Origin: Octopus sinensis
Taxonomy: Eukaryota
Reading direction: 5' to 3'
Assembly: GCF_006345805.1 (NCBI RefSeq)
Contig: NC_042997.1
Coordinates: 16,182,001-16,246,000 of the forward strand
DNA length: 64,000 nucleotides
Position 1 is the first letter of the stretch, and each line of letters begins with the position of its first letter. Below are positions 39,696 to 53,183 of this stretch, in pieces. A model generated the notes under the pieces. The model saw only the letters and a program-made list of their open reading frames with translations. It was not told the DNA's origin and did no database searches. The position numbers and the translations under genes are program-made.

Positions 39696-40266
39696 TAATG
39701 ATGTTTTATTAATAGAGCAGTATAGCAAAAATAATTTGATTCTGAGTAAGGGAAACATTTAGAGCTATTTTAGAGTAATTTTCAGAGTAAAACTCCCAAG
39801 TTAACGAGAGAGATATAGAGAGACGGAGTCACGGATAATAGATGCGGAGAAATGCATTTACGACCAAACTCAAAACTACAGATATTTTTTCACGCATATA
39901 CACACGCCAAGTAACTGTAATTAGACACATAGAGTGAGAGGGAATACTGAAATGGATAGATGACAAATTCTTCTGATTGTTATTATTGTATTTGATGTCA
40001 GTGGTAGACGTGGGCGTAGTCGTGTGGCTCATAGTAACACATCCACACATATTTCCCATGTGTGTAGAGAGAGAGAGGAGGAAAGGAAGAGAGAGAGAGG
40101 AGGAAAGGAAGAGAGAGAGAGGAGGAAAGGAAGAGAGAGAGAGAGGAGGAAAGGAAGAGAGAGAGGGGAGAGATATTTGACGGTCTTATAGATATTTCAA
40201 AATTATTTATTATGCTATGATGCTAGGTGTTTCCATTATTTTATCCAACCCCTGTGTATATGTATG

Positions 40267-40320
<54 letters not shown>

Positions 40321-40443
40321 TATATAAATTTATTTATTCATATCCATTGAATCTCCCATTTTCACAAGGTATTAATAATATATATATATTATATATATAT
40401 ATCTATATATAATAATACCCACATTATATATATATATATATAT

Positions 40444-40474
<31 letters not shown>

Positions 40475-40498
40475 CATATATATACACATATATATATA

Positions 40499-40566
<68 letters not shown>

Positions 40567-40984
40567 ATATATTATATATATATACACACACCATACATAT
40601 CAATAAATCTAAGATTGCCTGGAGATTGTTTTCAAAAATGGAAGCAAACAGCTTTCTCCATATGACGGGCTTGAAAAATTGTTAAGATACTTGGATATTT
40701 CCACACTCTTCTTAACATGAAACCAATGGTAGCCTTAATTAACAAATAAAGAAAGTATTAATCCACCAATGCAGGGCAGAGCACTCATTCCAACGTTCCA
40801 CTTTTACGTGTGCATATATATATATATATTAAATTAATAGTGGTTCTATCTCTAATTTAATATAATATAATATATTTATACTATAAAATTGGATTTAATC
40901 CTAAATCTAATTTTTCCCTGTAAGTTTGGATTTATTCCCTAATATTATATATATATATATATATCCTTCTCCTTATCTCTCTCT

Positions 40985-41045
<61 letters not shown>

Positions 41046-41480
41046 ATTCGAAGACCAATAAAAGTATTCTGAACAATAGAAGTTAGATGTTTGATTTATT
41101 GAAATTATGTTCTCTATGAGAGACAGCATATAAATGGCGAATCGCAATTGGAACTAACCACAAATAAGAAGACAGAAAAATTTCAAGAAGTAAGGATTGT
41201 TCGGAATAGAAATGCCTTAAAGGGAAAATACATTCTGTTTCTTTTGGAAATAAGCAGGCAGCTGTGGATAAGTGTTTCTGCTTCAATAGATAACATCAGT
41301 ACAACAGGTATCAGGTATTCACTCCTGCAAATATAACACTTTGAGTTATACAAAAAGTGTAAAAAAAAAATTACTCTCTATGTACTTTTGCGAAATTAAA
41401 ACAAAACTGGTTTATTAGAAGTAATACAAAGAAATAAAGATATTACATATAGTCTAGGTTTATTGAAACTAACTTTGCCT

Positions 41481-41563
<83 letters not shown>

Positions 41564-41574
41564 TATATATATAT

Positions 41575-41775
41575 CACCGTGATCACCGTGACCGACCAGA
41601 CTATCAGATGTTGCTACACATCGCTGGTCACAATGCGCTTTGCATTGTTTAGCCTTCAAATGACGCCACCCCGCTGGCTAAGCGAGCAGGCCAACAGAAG
41701 AAAGAGTGAGAGAAAGTTGTGGCGAAAGAGTACAGCAGAGACCGCCACCAACCCCTGCCGGAGCCTCGTGGAGCT
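41575..41775 (-). mobile_element. SINE-A body with alternative tail ii
   Basis: GAGTGAGAGAAAGTTGTGG..CCCTGCCGGAGCCTCGTGGAGC body joined to a tail ending CGGTCACGGTGATCACGGTGAT. Confidence 0.8.
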
Positions 41776-42409
41776 ATATATATATATATATATATAATGT
41801 ATTATATATTACATACATGCATGATGACTACAAACTCGTGTTCGAGTATTTGCCATCGCCTGATCGAAAGTTCCACACATGCGAAGGTTACGACCAGTCA
41901 TTTTTGTGAACGGTCTTATTTTTTTCAAGCGATGTCTGTGCAAGATGATTTTTTTTATAGTGGAAACGATTTGCACAAATCCAGTTCCAATCTCTGAACA
42001 TGTATGGTATAAACTTGAAAACAAGGACTAATCTACATCATCGAATATTGCCAGTGTCTCAGGTTTTCTCTCTGAGTTACCCTCTTCTAGAGAAATGTAA
42101 TACCAACAGAGGGACCTCCCACTCCCAGTGGACAACCGAACGCCTGGACACCAAGGTACTTCCACGTCCATGCACATATATACGTACGTACATACACATG
42201 TACATATATTATTGGATGGCCGTTGACTGCTCATGAGCTCTTCCCTTTGACAGGTCTTATGTCAGGTCGCTCTCGGGCGCTGCAGCTAACATGTAACCCA
42301 GTACAACCTGTTGCATCGTCGGCGACTAAACTGGCAACCCCATCAAGCTTGCTTGGTGAGGAGGGTAATTGTTGGACACTCTGCATGGGATACATACATA
42401 CATAGTTTG

Positions 42410-43205
42410 TGATAAAGAAATGTCGGCTCTGCTATACCTGTGTAGAAAATACCCGCATCAGCAGCTGCTGCCCCAAAATGTCTAAGAGACACTACCTGCC
42501 CCAAAGATATGATATAGTTGCAAAGACTATTTGCATTGCTGTCCGCAGGAAGGACTGCTCTGATGTATACGTCAAAGGCATGTCAGAACCAGCAAATATT
42601 CACACCTTCAAAAACAAGAAATACTGGTGGAACATCCCAATAAAAACATCAATTCAGTGCAAACATAACAGATTTCATATTGTTTTGTGGGATAGCGAAC
42701 AAAAGTCATGAACTATTGTAGAGGTTAACTGCCAAGCGGATGTGTATGTACAAGGGCGGCGAGCTGGCAGAAACGTTTGCACGCCGGGCGAAATGCTTAG
42801 CGGTATTTCGTCTGCCGTTACGTTGTGAGTTCAAATTCCGCCGAGGTCGACTTTGCCTTTCATCCTTTCGGGGTCGATAAATTAAGTACCAGTTACGCAC
42901 TGGGGTCGATGTAATCGTCTTAATACCTATGTCTGTCCTTGTTTGTCCCCTCTGTGTTTAGCCCCTTGTGGGTAATAAAGAAATAGGATGTGTATGTACA
43001 ATGAAATGTCTTGGAAAAAGATAACATTTATAACGAATTAATGCGAAACTTTGCCCTGACTATGAATTCTTTATTTGTACCTATCATCATAGGAGCATTA
43101 GGTTATATACCAACAAATATCAACGGAAAAAGGGCAAAAGAAACTGACGCAGATTCTCCAAATCCAATCTATTAGTGGCACAGTGAAGATTTGTAAGACA
43201 TTCCA
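42410..43205 (+). mobile_element. R4/Dong-like zinc knuckle plus RLE fragment, interrupted by a SINE-C
   Basis: KCRLCYTCVE..SCCP..HYLPQRYDIVAK..WWNIPIKT..HNRFHIVLWD..VEVNC; after the SINE: EKDNIYNEL..VPIIIGALGYIP..GTVKICKTF. Confidence 0.82.
42754..42985 (+). mobile_element. SINE family C, full length, with 16-bp TSD
   Basis: GGATGTGTATGTACAA on both sides. Confidence 0.95.
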
Positions 43206-43744
43206 AGCATTCTCCATCTGAGATTCTTATGGGAATAGATTCACACACATGAGTGTATGCATCGACAGTTCAACCAACACACCAACACTTATTTACGAAC
43301 ACCGGGAATTCTCTTAACTCAAAACTCGCTTTGTTAGCGACCGCTTGAATTCTCTCAAGAACTTAAATTAAACTCTAATAAAATTCATGCATTTATGTCA
43401 TAAGTGCTATAACGTGTATTATATACATTGTGCAAACGTTACCATGTATAGAACTCAATACGTTACTTAGAGTAGAAAGGTAGGTTTATTATATTAAAAA
43501 ATGACAGCTTTCTCCAGTTTGACCAGTTACCGATCATGACAGCTGCTATCTACTATTTCTGCTATCCAGTTAAATCCAGCTCAACAAAAGTCGTTTCAAA
43601 CATTGACAATGTCAACAAATTTTGATCGATAGATTTAGTCGATTAACTTGACACTAATACTTCACTGGTGCTCTATTGTCATCGTTAATCGCTATCCTCA
43701 AGATTAAAACGTTGCCTACTGGTAATTCCCCATGCTATACTCTT

Positions 43745-43932
43745 AATATAAGACAGGTTTCTCGGTTTCCGTGGACGAGACGCCGGTCCGCCGCAGGATT
43801 ACTCATTTTTGCCAGCTGAGTGACTGGAGCAATATGAAATGAAGTGTTTTGCTCAAGAACACAACACATCGCCTAGTCCATGAATTGAAACCATGAGTCC
43901 AACACCCGAAACACTTAGCCACACGCTTCCAC
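43745..43932 (-). mobile_element. SINE family D (CORE-like body), diverged
   Basis: Reverse complement GTGTGGCTAAGTG..TGTTGTGTTCTTGAGCAAAACAC..CTCCAGTCACTCAGCTGGCAAAAATGAG. Confidence 0.7.
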
Positions 43933-44789
43933 TCTTAATATACCATGGAAATCACCAGTGCTACAAGTGGTGACGTTTTTTTTTTGTTCTTTTTGTATTT
44001 TTTGTTCTTTTCTTATGGAACCTCACATAAATGTGGTTCAAATTATATCATTCGAATCTTAGGAAATGTACAGAACACGGATATCAGAAGCGTGCAAGTC
44101 ACTGCCATCTCCATCATTGGAGCACTGCCTTCCATAAAATAATTTTTTGTGAAAAAGAAGCCATTAAAGCTTATATAATATAATCTGAAATATAATCTGT
44201 AGAAAATAAATGAAAAAGAATCCATAAATGTTGTATAATGGACAATTTGGCATTTTTTAACAAGTGTACCACCGGCAACTCCTGCGATGCAAAATGATTG
44301 AAATATTCTTTCTGTACCACGGAAGTCACCGATGATACCCATATAAGTCAATGTGGTAGTTAATATAGTGAACTACAATGTATGCAAGTATGTATACATA
44401 TATATGTGTGTGTGTATATATATATGGTTAAAAAAATTAAGTAAGCATAATTTATAACAAAAAAAAAAAACCGCGCAAATTGGGCTTTGGCAGGCAGTGT
44501 TCATAGCAATTTCTTGCCCTGGCAATTGTCATAGGTTTAAGGAGAGTTGTAGATAATCGAGTTCAATCGACTATAGTGCATGTTGTTACATATTTTATCA
44601 ACCTTTGAAAGACGAAAAATAAAGATGGTTATAACAGAATTTGATCTCAAAACGTGATTAATTGATATAAAGGCATTTTATTCGGTCCTTCTGCTTCTTT
44701 TTGGACGATTCTAAGAATTTCCGCGTTGTATGTCAGTGGCAAACAGTTCCTTCTGTTACAGAAAAAAATAATTGTATTTTGGTATATTG

Positions 44790-45072
44790 TTTGTTCCTTC
44801 TCGAGCCACGCCTAGCTCATAAGGGCCGGTTTCCCGGTCTCCTTGGCGTATAGGTTCGCCACCTGGACGGGACGCCGCAGGTGAGCTACAAGATGCAGGA
44901 GGAAAGAGTGAGAGAAAGTTGTGGCAAAAGAGTCAGCAGAAGTTCGCCATTACCTTCTGCCGGAGCTTAGGTGTTTCGCTCACAAACACGCACATCGCCT
45001 GCTCTGAGATTCGAACCCGCGATCCCTCGACCGCGAGTTCGCTGCTCTAACCACTAGGCCATGTGCCTCCAC
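44790..45072 (-). mobile_element. SINE-A body with alternative tail iii
   Basis: Head GGAGGCACATGGCCTAGTGG/GGTTCGAATCTC; tail CGTCCCGTCCAGGTGG..GGAAACCGGCCCTTATGAG..GAAGGAACAA. Confidence 0.85.
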
Positions 45073-45084
45073 ATTTTTGGTATA

Positions 45085-45517
45085 TAACCATGCTTATATC
45101 TTTTACTGGTTTAAATCATTGGACTGCGGCCATGCTGGAACATCGTCTTCGAGGGTTTAGTCCACTGTACATATTTGTAAGTATGGTACTTATTTTATCC
45201 ATCTCTTTGTCGAATTACTAAGTAACGGTAGCGCAAATTAACACCGGTTGTGAAGCAGTGGAAAAAATACATCCAACACAAACACAACACAAGCACATAA
45301 ATATACACACACACACATTATAAATATATATATAATATATAGATTTTCCGATGGCCGGATAACAAAAGAGATGGCGGCATGGATTTCCACCCCGACATCC
45401 GAAACTCGAAGTTTTATCATGGCTACCGAATAATTGTCACATATTACATTTACAGATAAATTCCTCTATTTACATAATATCGAGATTCGTTCATTCTTTT
45501 GTTGTCTTACCATTTTT

Positions 45518-45572
<55 letters not shown>

Positions 45573-45735
45573 TACGATCTTCTTTCAGTTTGCATTCTAC
45601 CAAATCCACTCACAAGGATTTGCTTACCCTGGGGCTACTACAGAAGATACTTGCCTAAGGTGCTGCACAGTGGGACTGAACCCAAGACCACATGGTTGAG
45701 AAGCAAGCTTCTTAACCACTCGGTCACGCCTATGC
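45085..45735 (-). mobile_element. Diverged SINE-B pieces (3' half about 45085-45290; head about 45572-45735)
   Basis: GGACTGCGGCCATGCTGG and TTTCAGTTTGCATTCTACCAAATCCACTCACAAGG motifs. Confidence 0.7.
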
Positions 45736-47164
45736 CTAAGGTGATAAAATAAATTAACTTTTTTCAATTTTTACCAGAGACGTTAAGGAGTTTTTGACTA
45801 GTTAATTATCCAACTCAACATTCTGAGGTCGATGTAACCTTTAATTATTCTGTAATTTGACAAAATATATACCACTTATATACTGGGGTTCGACCAGTCG
45901 ACTATACAACTTCCCTCTAAATGTTCAGTTATGTATTCTTAATATCCTGTATCGCATCTTTAATATGGTTAAAACAATTGGTTGTAGCTGTTCATTTAAA
46001 ACAAGTAATAGAACAACAAAACGTAAATGATACATAATCTCATATTCGCCTCACACCTTCATCTCTCGTAAAATTCATTGCTTTGTATTTATAAAGAAAA
46101 ACATTTTTTTCTGACATTTTGTAAATTTTCATTCCAAAGAGAGAAATATTCCGTTATGACGTCATGCAATTAGCGTTATTTTTGATATTGATGTATCATT
46201 TAGATAGCAGTTAAAGTTTTGCGAGATTCATTATGAACAGTTTAGTGCTTTCTGCTCGCCTCCACTCTTCATCAAATGTATTTTAATCTATTGCTTTATC
46301 TTAAATCTGTCATATTTATCTTTAAAGATATTTGCTGTTATAGCGTTTACTACATGACCTGACGAAATATTCCATTTACTAAAAGATCTTTGAAGGAACA
46401 AAATATTTTCTGACGTCTTTAAAGCATTTTTATTATTTATAAAATGTATACTTCTTAGTTTTTCATTTTTCTGAGATAGTGTACTAACATTTAGTCTCCC
46501 AACCAAAGTAATTCCTATATTTTTTTCTCTTCGCAAGATAAAAATTTCCTAATTCTGGTGATAAATTCGTTACTCTTCTCAGAGCCCTTTTATTAATTTG
46601 TGTATCCTTTCAGAGGTTAAGGTGACCATATTTGTATCTAATATTCTAAATGGGTTCTAACGTATGCTTTATATAAAATCTTAAATTTTCATGCATTTTG
46701 GAATGTAAAAAGTGTATGTTTTGCTTTTTCTTAACATCTGAGTTATTTTTTTTATTATTATATCTTTAACATGATCAGCCATTTAAAGTTCAAACACAAA
46801 ACGAGATATGATTATTTTTAAAGAGAAAGATTTTAGAGCCTTTTAAAATTTTATATCGCAGAGTATTTGTAAACTTTTTTTCTGAACTGTGAAGAAAGAA
46901 CCCCACCACTACCACCACCACCAAGTTACATCAATTACATAACACAATCAACTGGCTCCGCCAACTTGCACTGATAATTCTGTTGGATCTTTCATGTTGT
47001 GAGGAGACAATTAATCAGTGTTTTGCACGTAAGCCTATTTTCTAATATTAAAACTTAAATTATTGGCAAAATTCACTCGCTATAATGAGAGGGAGAAATA
47101 AGTATATGAATATTTATTTGTGTGTCCATGTATGTACGTATGTGTGTGGATGTTTGTAAATACA

Positions 47165-47471
<307 letters not shown>

Positions 47472-47845
47472 CAGGCGCAGGAGTGGCTGTGTGGTAAGTA
47501 GCTTGCTAACCAACCGCACGGTTGCGGTTTCAGTCCCACTGCGTGGCATCTTGGGCAAGTGTTCTCGCTATAGCCCCGGGCCGACCAATGCCTTGTGAGT
47601 GGATTTGGTAGACGGAAACTGAAAGAAGCCTGTCGTATATATGTATATATATGTATATGTGTGTGTGTTTGTGTGTCTGTGTTTGTCCCCCTAGCATTGC
47701 TTGACAACTGATGCTGGTGTGTTTACGTCCCCGTCACTTAGCGGTTCGGCAAAAAGAGACCGATAGAATAAGTACTAAAAGGTGGTGCTCCAGCATGGCC
47801 GCAGTCAAATGACTGAAACAAGTAAAAGAGTAAAAAAAGAGAGTA
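47472..47845 (+). mobile_element. SINE family B, near full length (small 3' internal deletion)
   Basis: Same head, core and tail as the 36503 copy. Confidence 0.93.
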
Positions 47846-47940
47846 ATACACACACAAACATCTTCACACATCTACATACATACATACAAACATACATACA
47901 TACATACATACATACATACATACATACATACATACATACA

Positions 47941-47973
<33 letters not shown>

Positions 47974-47997
47974 TTGCATACATACAAAATTTATCTT

Positions 47998-48372
47998 TAG
48001 CTTTTCTTTTACTTGTTTCAGTCATTAGACTGCAGCCATGCTAGGGTACCGCCTTGAAATTTTAGTCGAATGAATCGGTCCCAGTACTTACTTTTTAAGC
48101 CTAGTACTTATTCTATAGGTCTCTTTTGCCGAACCGCTAAGTTATGGGGACGTAAACACACGAACACCCGTTGTCAAGTGGGGATAGGGAGACAAACACA
48201 GATACAAATACACACACACATAAATATATATACATATATACAACGGGCTTCTTTCAATTTTCGTCTACCAAATCTACTCACAAGGCTTTGGTCGGCTCGA
48301 GGCTACAGTAGAAGACACTTGCCCAAGGTGCCACGTAGTGGGACTGAATCCGGAACCATGTGGTTGGGAAGC
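47998..48372 (-). mobile_element. SINE family B, inverted relative to the 47472 copy
   Basis: CTTTTACTTGTTTCAGTCAT...CTTGCCCAAGGTGCCACGTAGTGGGACTGAA. Confidence 0.9.
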
Positions 48373-49149
48373 AGCCCCAACTTCCTACCGCTTTGCCTCT
48401 GCTCCTATACTGTTACTCTCATCTCTTCTCCTCTCAGTGCATTAACCTGCCATCGTAACTGCATCGTTATTTGTGGCTGTTTGATGTATTGTACCAATCT
48501 GCTCACTTCCTTCCTTCCTTCCCACACTACTTTATCACCTGAGTTGTATCCCTTTTCGTGGTTTTTTTGGCGGGACATGGCCTCACTCAAAAGCTACAAC
48601 AATGCGAGAATGCACATTGTGACCAGTAACGTATAGCAATATCCACTACTCTGTACGATACAGTGATACAGTGACGTGTGTGTATGTATGTGTGTGTGAG
48701 AGCACGTGTGTGTCCGTGAGTGTGTATGTGTGTGTGTTTTAAGTATTCTTTTTAAAGCTAAAACAATGTAAATCGTAATAGAATAATGCATGTCGATGGT
48801 TAGTGGTATTGCCTAACATTTCAATATTCCAGGTTTAGGATCCCTCTCAGAGAAATTTACAGAGAAAAGCTGTTGATAGCTGATTTATCTTCTCTGCAGC
48901 GTGTGTGAATGTAAATAAAGGGTTGTTTTACGTTGCCATAGTCTTCCGGTCAGCTAGGTCCAATTCAGATTTGTTATTAATTCGCGTGATGTGCTTGTTA
49001 ATTAAAATACAGTCTATTATTCTCAACTTCCAACAACAAGCCTCCGATATATAACAAGGACAATAACAATAACCTTGATCTTGCGACCGAAGCTACTGAA
49101 AACAACGACAACTTTGAGTTTACCACACTAGTTTACAACAAATCACGTG

Positions 49150-49803
49150 TCACAGATCTATCACCAAGTCCTTTGTGAGCCGCTCTCCGGCTATCTATCC
49201 TGCGGCTTTATATAGCTATGGTAAGACCTCACCTGGAATTTGCATCACCGGTCTGGAACCCCTATGTTGCCCAGGATATTAATCGTCTGGAAGCCGTTTA
49301 GCGACGTGCAATCAAAAGAATACCCTCCATCAGGCACTTGCCATATTCTGAACGCCTTACTTCCCTGGGCATGGACACACTGAAACTCCGACGTCTGGCA
49401 GCTGACTTGGCAGACACCCATAAAATTATTAACCATCTTACAAACAATAACTCTGGGCACCTTTTCAAACTCCACCCGTCTAACACCCGTGGGCATATTT
49501 ACAAAGTCAGAAAACAGCACAGCTCCCATGACTTTAGGAAACGTTTTTTCACGCTGAGAGTTGCTGAAGCATGGAACAAACTGCCGGCATCAGTTGTTAG
49601 TTGTCGGAGCACTGCATCCTTCAAAACTTCCATGCTTTCTGAGATTCGCCAACACTACACCTGATTTTCTCCCCTCCATACACACACAAGCATGTATCTG
49701 ACTCATACATTGTTCGCTTTCCAGACATTTGTACATTACTGCATATGCTTTATACGCACTTTCTGACAAGTTGTGGTGCACCTGAGCACTGTATACAATA
49801 ATT

Positions 49804-49845
<42 letters not shown>
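49150..49845 (+). mobile_element. CR1-clade LINE 3' fragment with (ATT)n tail
   Basis: LYIAMVRPHLEFASPVWNP..YSERLTSLG..LKLRRLAADL..TRGHIYK..RKRFFTLRVAEAWNKLP..SFK. Confidence 0.92.
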
Positions 49846-49848
<3 letters not shown>

Positions 49849-49849
49849 C

Positions 49850-51210
49850 TGGCACCCGGTCAACCGAGAATATACGTCTACTAAATCTTGCTCCAAAATT
49901 CATTTTAGTTCAGCGATTTAATGACGAACTAAAACTTTGTAAGGAAGCTAACTTCTGCAGAACATTTTACCGACTAAAATGGATATCAGCTCTGAAGTCC
50001 TACTCTCCATCCTCCAATGATACTATCTCTAACTCCCATCTACCCCCACCTAGATACTGCGCCTATCATCCAGACAACCCGCTTCTCCTTCTTTTTTTAA
50101 ATCCCTGGACTTAACTCTAATATAATGAAACTTAAGCATTCAATTTTCGGCATCTTAGAAAAACATTCCACTCATTTTAATTTCTCTAAACCCCAATTTC
50201 TCACTCAACAAAATCAACGTTCGAAGAACCTTATATACTTACCTTCTGACAAAGGGAGAGAATTCTGTGTTATAGATAAGAATAAATACGACGAACTGGC
50301 ATTCGAGCACTTAAACAATACTATATTACAATTAAGAAAAAAGTTAACATCACATCTAGCCAACTCAAAGATACAATAAACACCTGTTGGACATACATTT
50401 GTAAAGGGACAGAACTTTCGAACAAGATTAAGTATAACTTCTCCCTCACATTCTATCAACCTTATAAAAGGGCATAAAACGGGACCAAATTTAAAAAGCA
50501 AACCTATTGTCTCGAGTAATAACAGAAAACGAATCCATCTCCACTAACTTTTACAGAAAAGTGGTATGCTGGGGCCTTTATGTGCATTATAATTCATCCC
50601 TGCCTCTAAAAAGTCTTGATGGAGAATGGCTATCCATGCTCTTTCACTGAACGCCAGGACATCACCAGATCACATAACAAAGCCCAAACATTCAAAGATA
50701 AGGTTTTTTTGTTGTTGTTTTTTTCCTTCTATATTTTAAGGAAGAAACAACTGGCACTCTCCGGACCATACATTTCCCGTCTAACCGATCAATAATGAAA
50801 ACATATATCTGCTGTCCTACGTGGTGTATAAAATCACATGAAGCAAATTTAATGAATTCTACATCAGAAATACCACCAGACAGTTCACAAACGGATCAAA
50901 GAATACCTCTGTGCTAATGCTTCTTCCATCAAACAGTAACTACGGAAAAACCACACCCAAGACATGCAAGTTTCCATTGAAGCTACAAGAAGAGACACTG
51001 GGAACTTGCAAATAAAGGAAGCTATTTTAATTAACAAATACACCCTGCGAATTAATAACAGATCTGAACTGCACGCAACTGATTGGATACTATGGCAACG
51101 CAAAACAACACTTTATGTACGCACATTACAGAGTAGAGAAATCAGCTGCTAACACCTTTTCTCTACAAATTCCCCGAAGAAGGGATCCTAATCGTGAGAT
51201 ATATTGAATT
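49850..51210 (+). mobile_element. Decayed Penelope-like element lacking the RT core, ending in an HHR relic
   Basis: LLNLAPKF, RLKW, YLPSDKGREFCVIDKNKY, KPIVSS directly joined to FYRK..GLYVHYNS, ENGYP, VVYKIT, LQIKEAILINKYTLRINNRSEL. Confidence 0.85.
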
Positions 51211-51348
51211 CTCAGGTAATAAAGCTAATCATCGGCTTGTAATGTTAATTTTTTTACAACTTGCATTCATTGTTTTGGACTTTAAAAGATATTTACAAGA
51301 TATTCCTGACAATGCTTCAGGAAAGCTATACTCCTTGTGTGTGTGTGT

Positions 51349-51395
<47 letters not shown>

Positions 51396-51721
51396 GAGTA
51401 GTATATTTTTGTATTTATACACCTTTGTTGTATATGTGCACATGTTTGTTACTCTTATCCTTCTTTCACTTTGCATCCTTTACTTTTCCACATTTCACAT
51501 TCACCTTCTTTGACCTACCTTCTTTCTACAAAAGCACTTTCTGAATTTCCTGAATTTATTTTCCTTCAGTTCCTCACTCTCAGAAGAGCCTAAGCGACCA
51601 AACGTTACATTCTACGCTTCTCATTTTATATTTACTGATTTTTGCCGACGTAGCTTAGTGAAAAAGAAACCGACATGGAAGACAAAGGAGATAGAACTCA
51701 AAATGCAGAGTGGGGTAAATT

Positions 51722-51865
51722 TGGCTTGTGGCAAGACGTTTGCTTCCCAACCACATTGATTCCGGGTTCAATACCACTGTGGGATACCTTGGGCATGTGT
51801 CTTCAACTATAGCCTCGGGCTTTGTGAGTGGATTTGATAGACGGAAACTAATAAAGTGTGTGCTA

Positions 51866-51928
<63 letters not shown>

Positions 51929-52149
51929 TTGTCTTTCTGTCTGTCTGTCTGTCTGTCTGTCTGTATGTATGTATGTATGTATGTATGTATGTATGTATGT
52001 ATGTATGTATGTAGAAAACATATTTAGAGTGGATTGTAGGTGTTTAACATCAACTTCTAGCGTATAGGCGCTGGTATTCCAGCGCCCTTAATTATAATCA
52101 TATTCTTATAATTATTTACTTAATTATAATTGTTTTTTATAATTATATA

Positions 52150-52184
<35 letters not shown>

Positions 52185-52400
52185 ATGTGTGTGTGTGTCT
52201 TTGTACTTGCTCACCATAACCTCTTGACAACCGGTGATGGTACGTTTACGTTTCTTTAACTTAGCGTTTCGGCCAAAGAGCCCGATAGAAAAAGTACCAG
52301 GCTTAAAAAAAAAGGTACTGAGATCGATTCTTTCGAAAATTCTTCAAGTCTGTCACCCAGCATGGCCGCAGTCGAAGACTGAAACAAGTAAGAGAAAAGC
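51722..52400 (+). mobile_element. Diverged SINE-B with expanded internal (ATCT)/(ATGT) tract
   Basis: Head about 51722-51860, 3' half about 52190-52400. Confidence 0.8.
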
Positions 52401-52658
52401 AAAAGAGAAAACGGTTTGCATTCGCAGTTTTCTACAATTTTAGTTAATGTGCACATTACGAAGTCAACAAAAATTAAATTTTCAATTAATTATCGGAAAC
52501 TAAATATTAATGTATTATTACTGATGAAGTTTCTTTGATTTCAATGAAATCTGTACATATATTTTTTCTAAAATATAACTATTTACTAACTTACTTTTTT
52601 TTTTTTCGTAATTTGGTAAACAACTGCGGAAAATATTGATAATAATGTTAAGGTCATA

Positions 52659-53183
52659 TAAGACGGCGATCTGACAGAATCGTTAGCACGCCGGGCAAAA
52701 CGCTACGTTCTGAGTTCAAATTCCGCCGAGGTCGACTTTGCCTTTCATCCTTTCGGGGTCGATTAAATAAGTACCAGTTACGCATTGGGGTCGATATAAT
52801 CGACTTAAACCGTTTGTCTGTCCTTGTTTGTCCTCTCTGAGTTTAGCCCCTTGTAGGTAGTAAAGAAATAGGTATTTCACCCGTCTTTACGTGCTGAGTT
52901 CAAATTCCGCCAAAGTCGACTTTGCCTTTCATCCTTTCGGGGTCACTGAAATAAGTGCCAGTTAAGCTCTGGGGCCGATGTAATAGACTTACCCCTTCCC
53001 CTAAACTGCTCACCTATTGCCAAAATTTGAAACCAATAATCCTTTCTCCAATAGGCAAAAGGCCTGACATTTTGGGGGAGGGGATCAGTCGATTACATCG
53101 ACCCCAGTGCGTAACTGGTACTTAATTTATCGACCCCGAAAGGATGAAAGGCAATGTCGACCCTGGTGGCAAAACTTGAAACC
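52659..53183. mobile_element. Cluster of three SINE-C units (+,+,-) inside an 18-bp direct repeat
   Basis: AATAATGTTAAGGTCATA at 52641-52658 and 53184-53201. Confidence 0.85.

Noticed and set aside
41127-41189. 63-nt phase-0 micro-exon candidate (HINGESQLELTTNKKTEKFQE, GTAAGG donor)
   Set aside because: Weak polypyrimidine tract and no recognisable protein; needs RNA-seq.
52515-52562. CTGATGA...GAAA hammerhead-like spacing
   Set aside because: Stem I does not pair next to the core, and stem II is poor.
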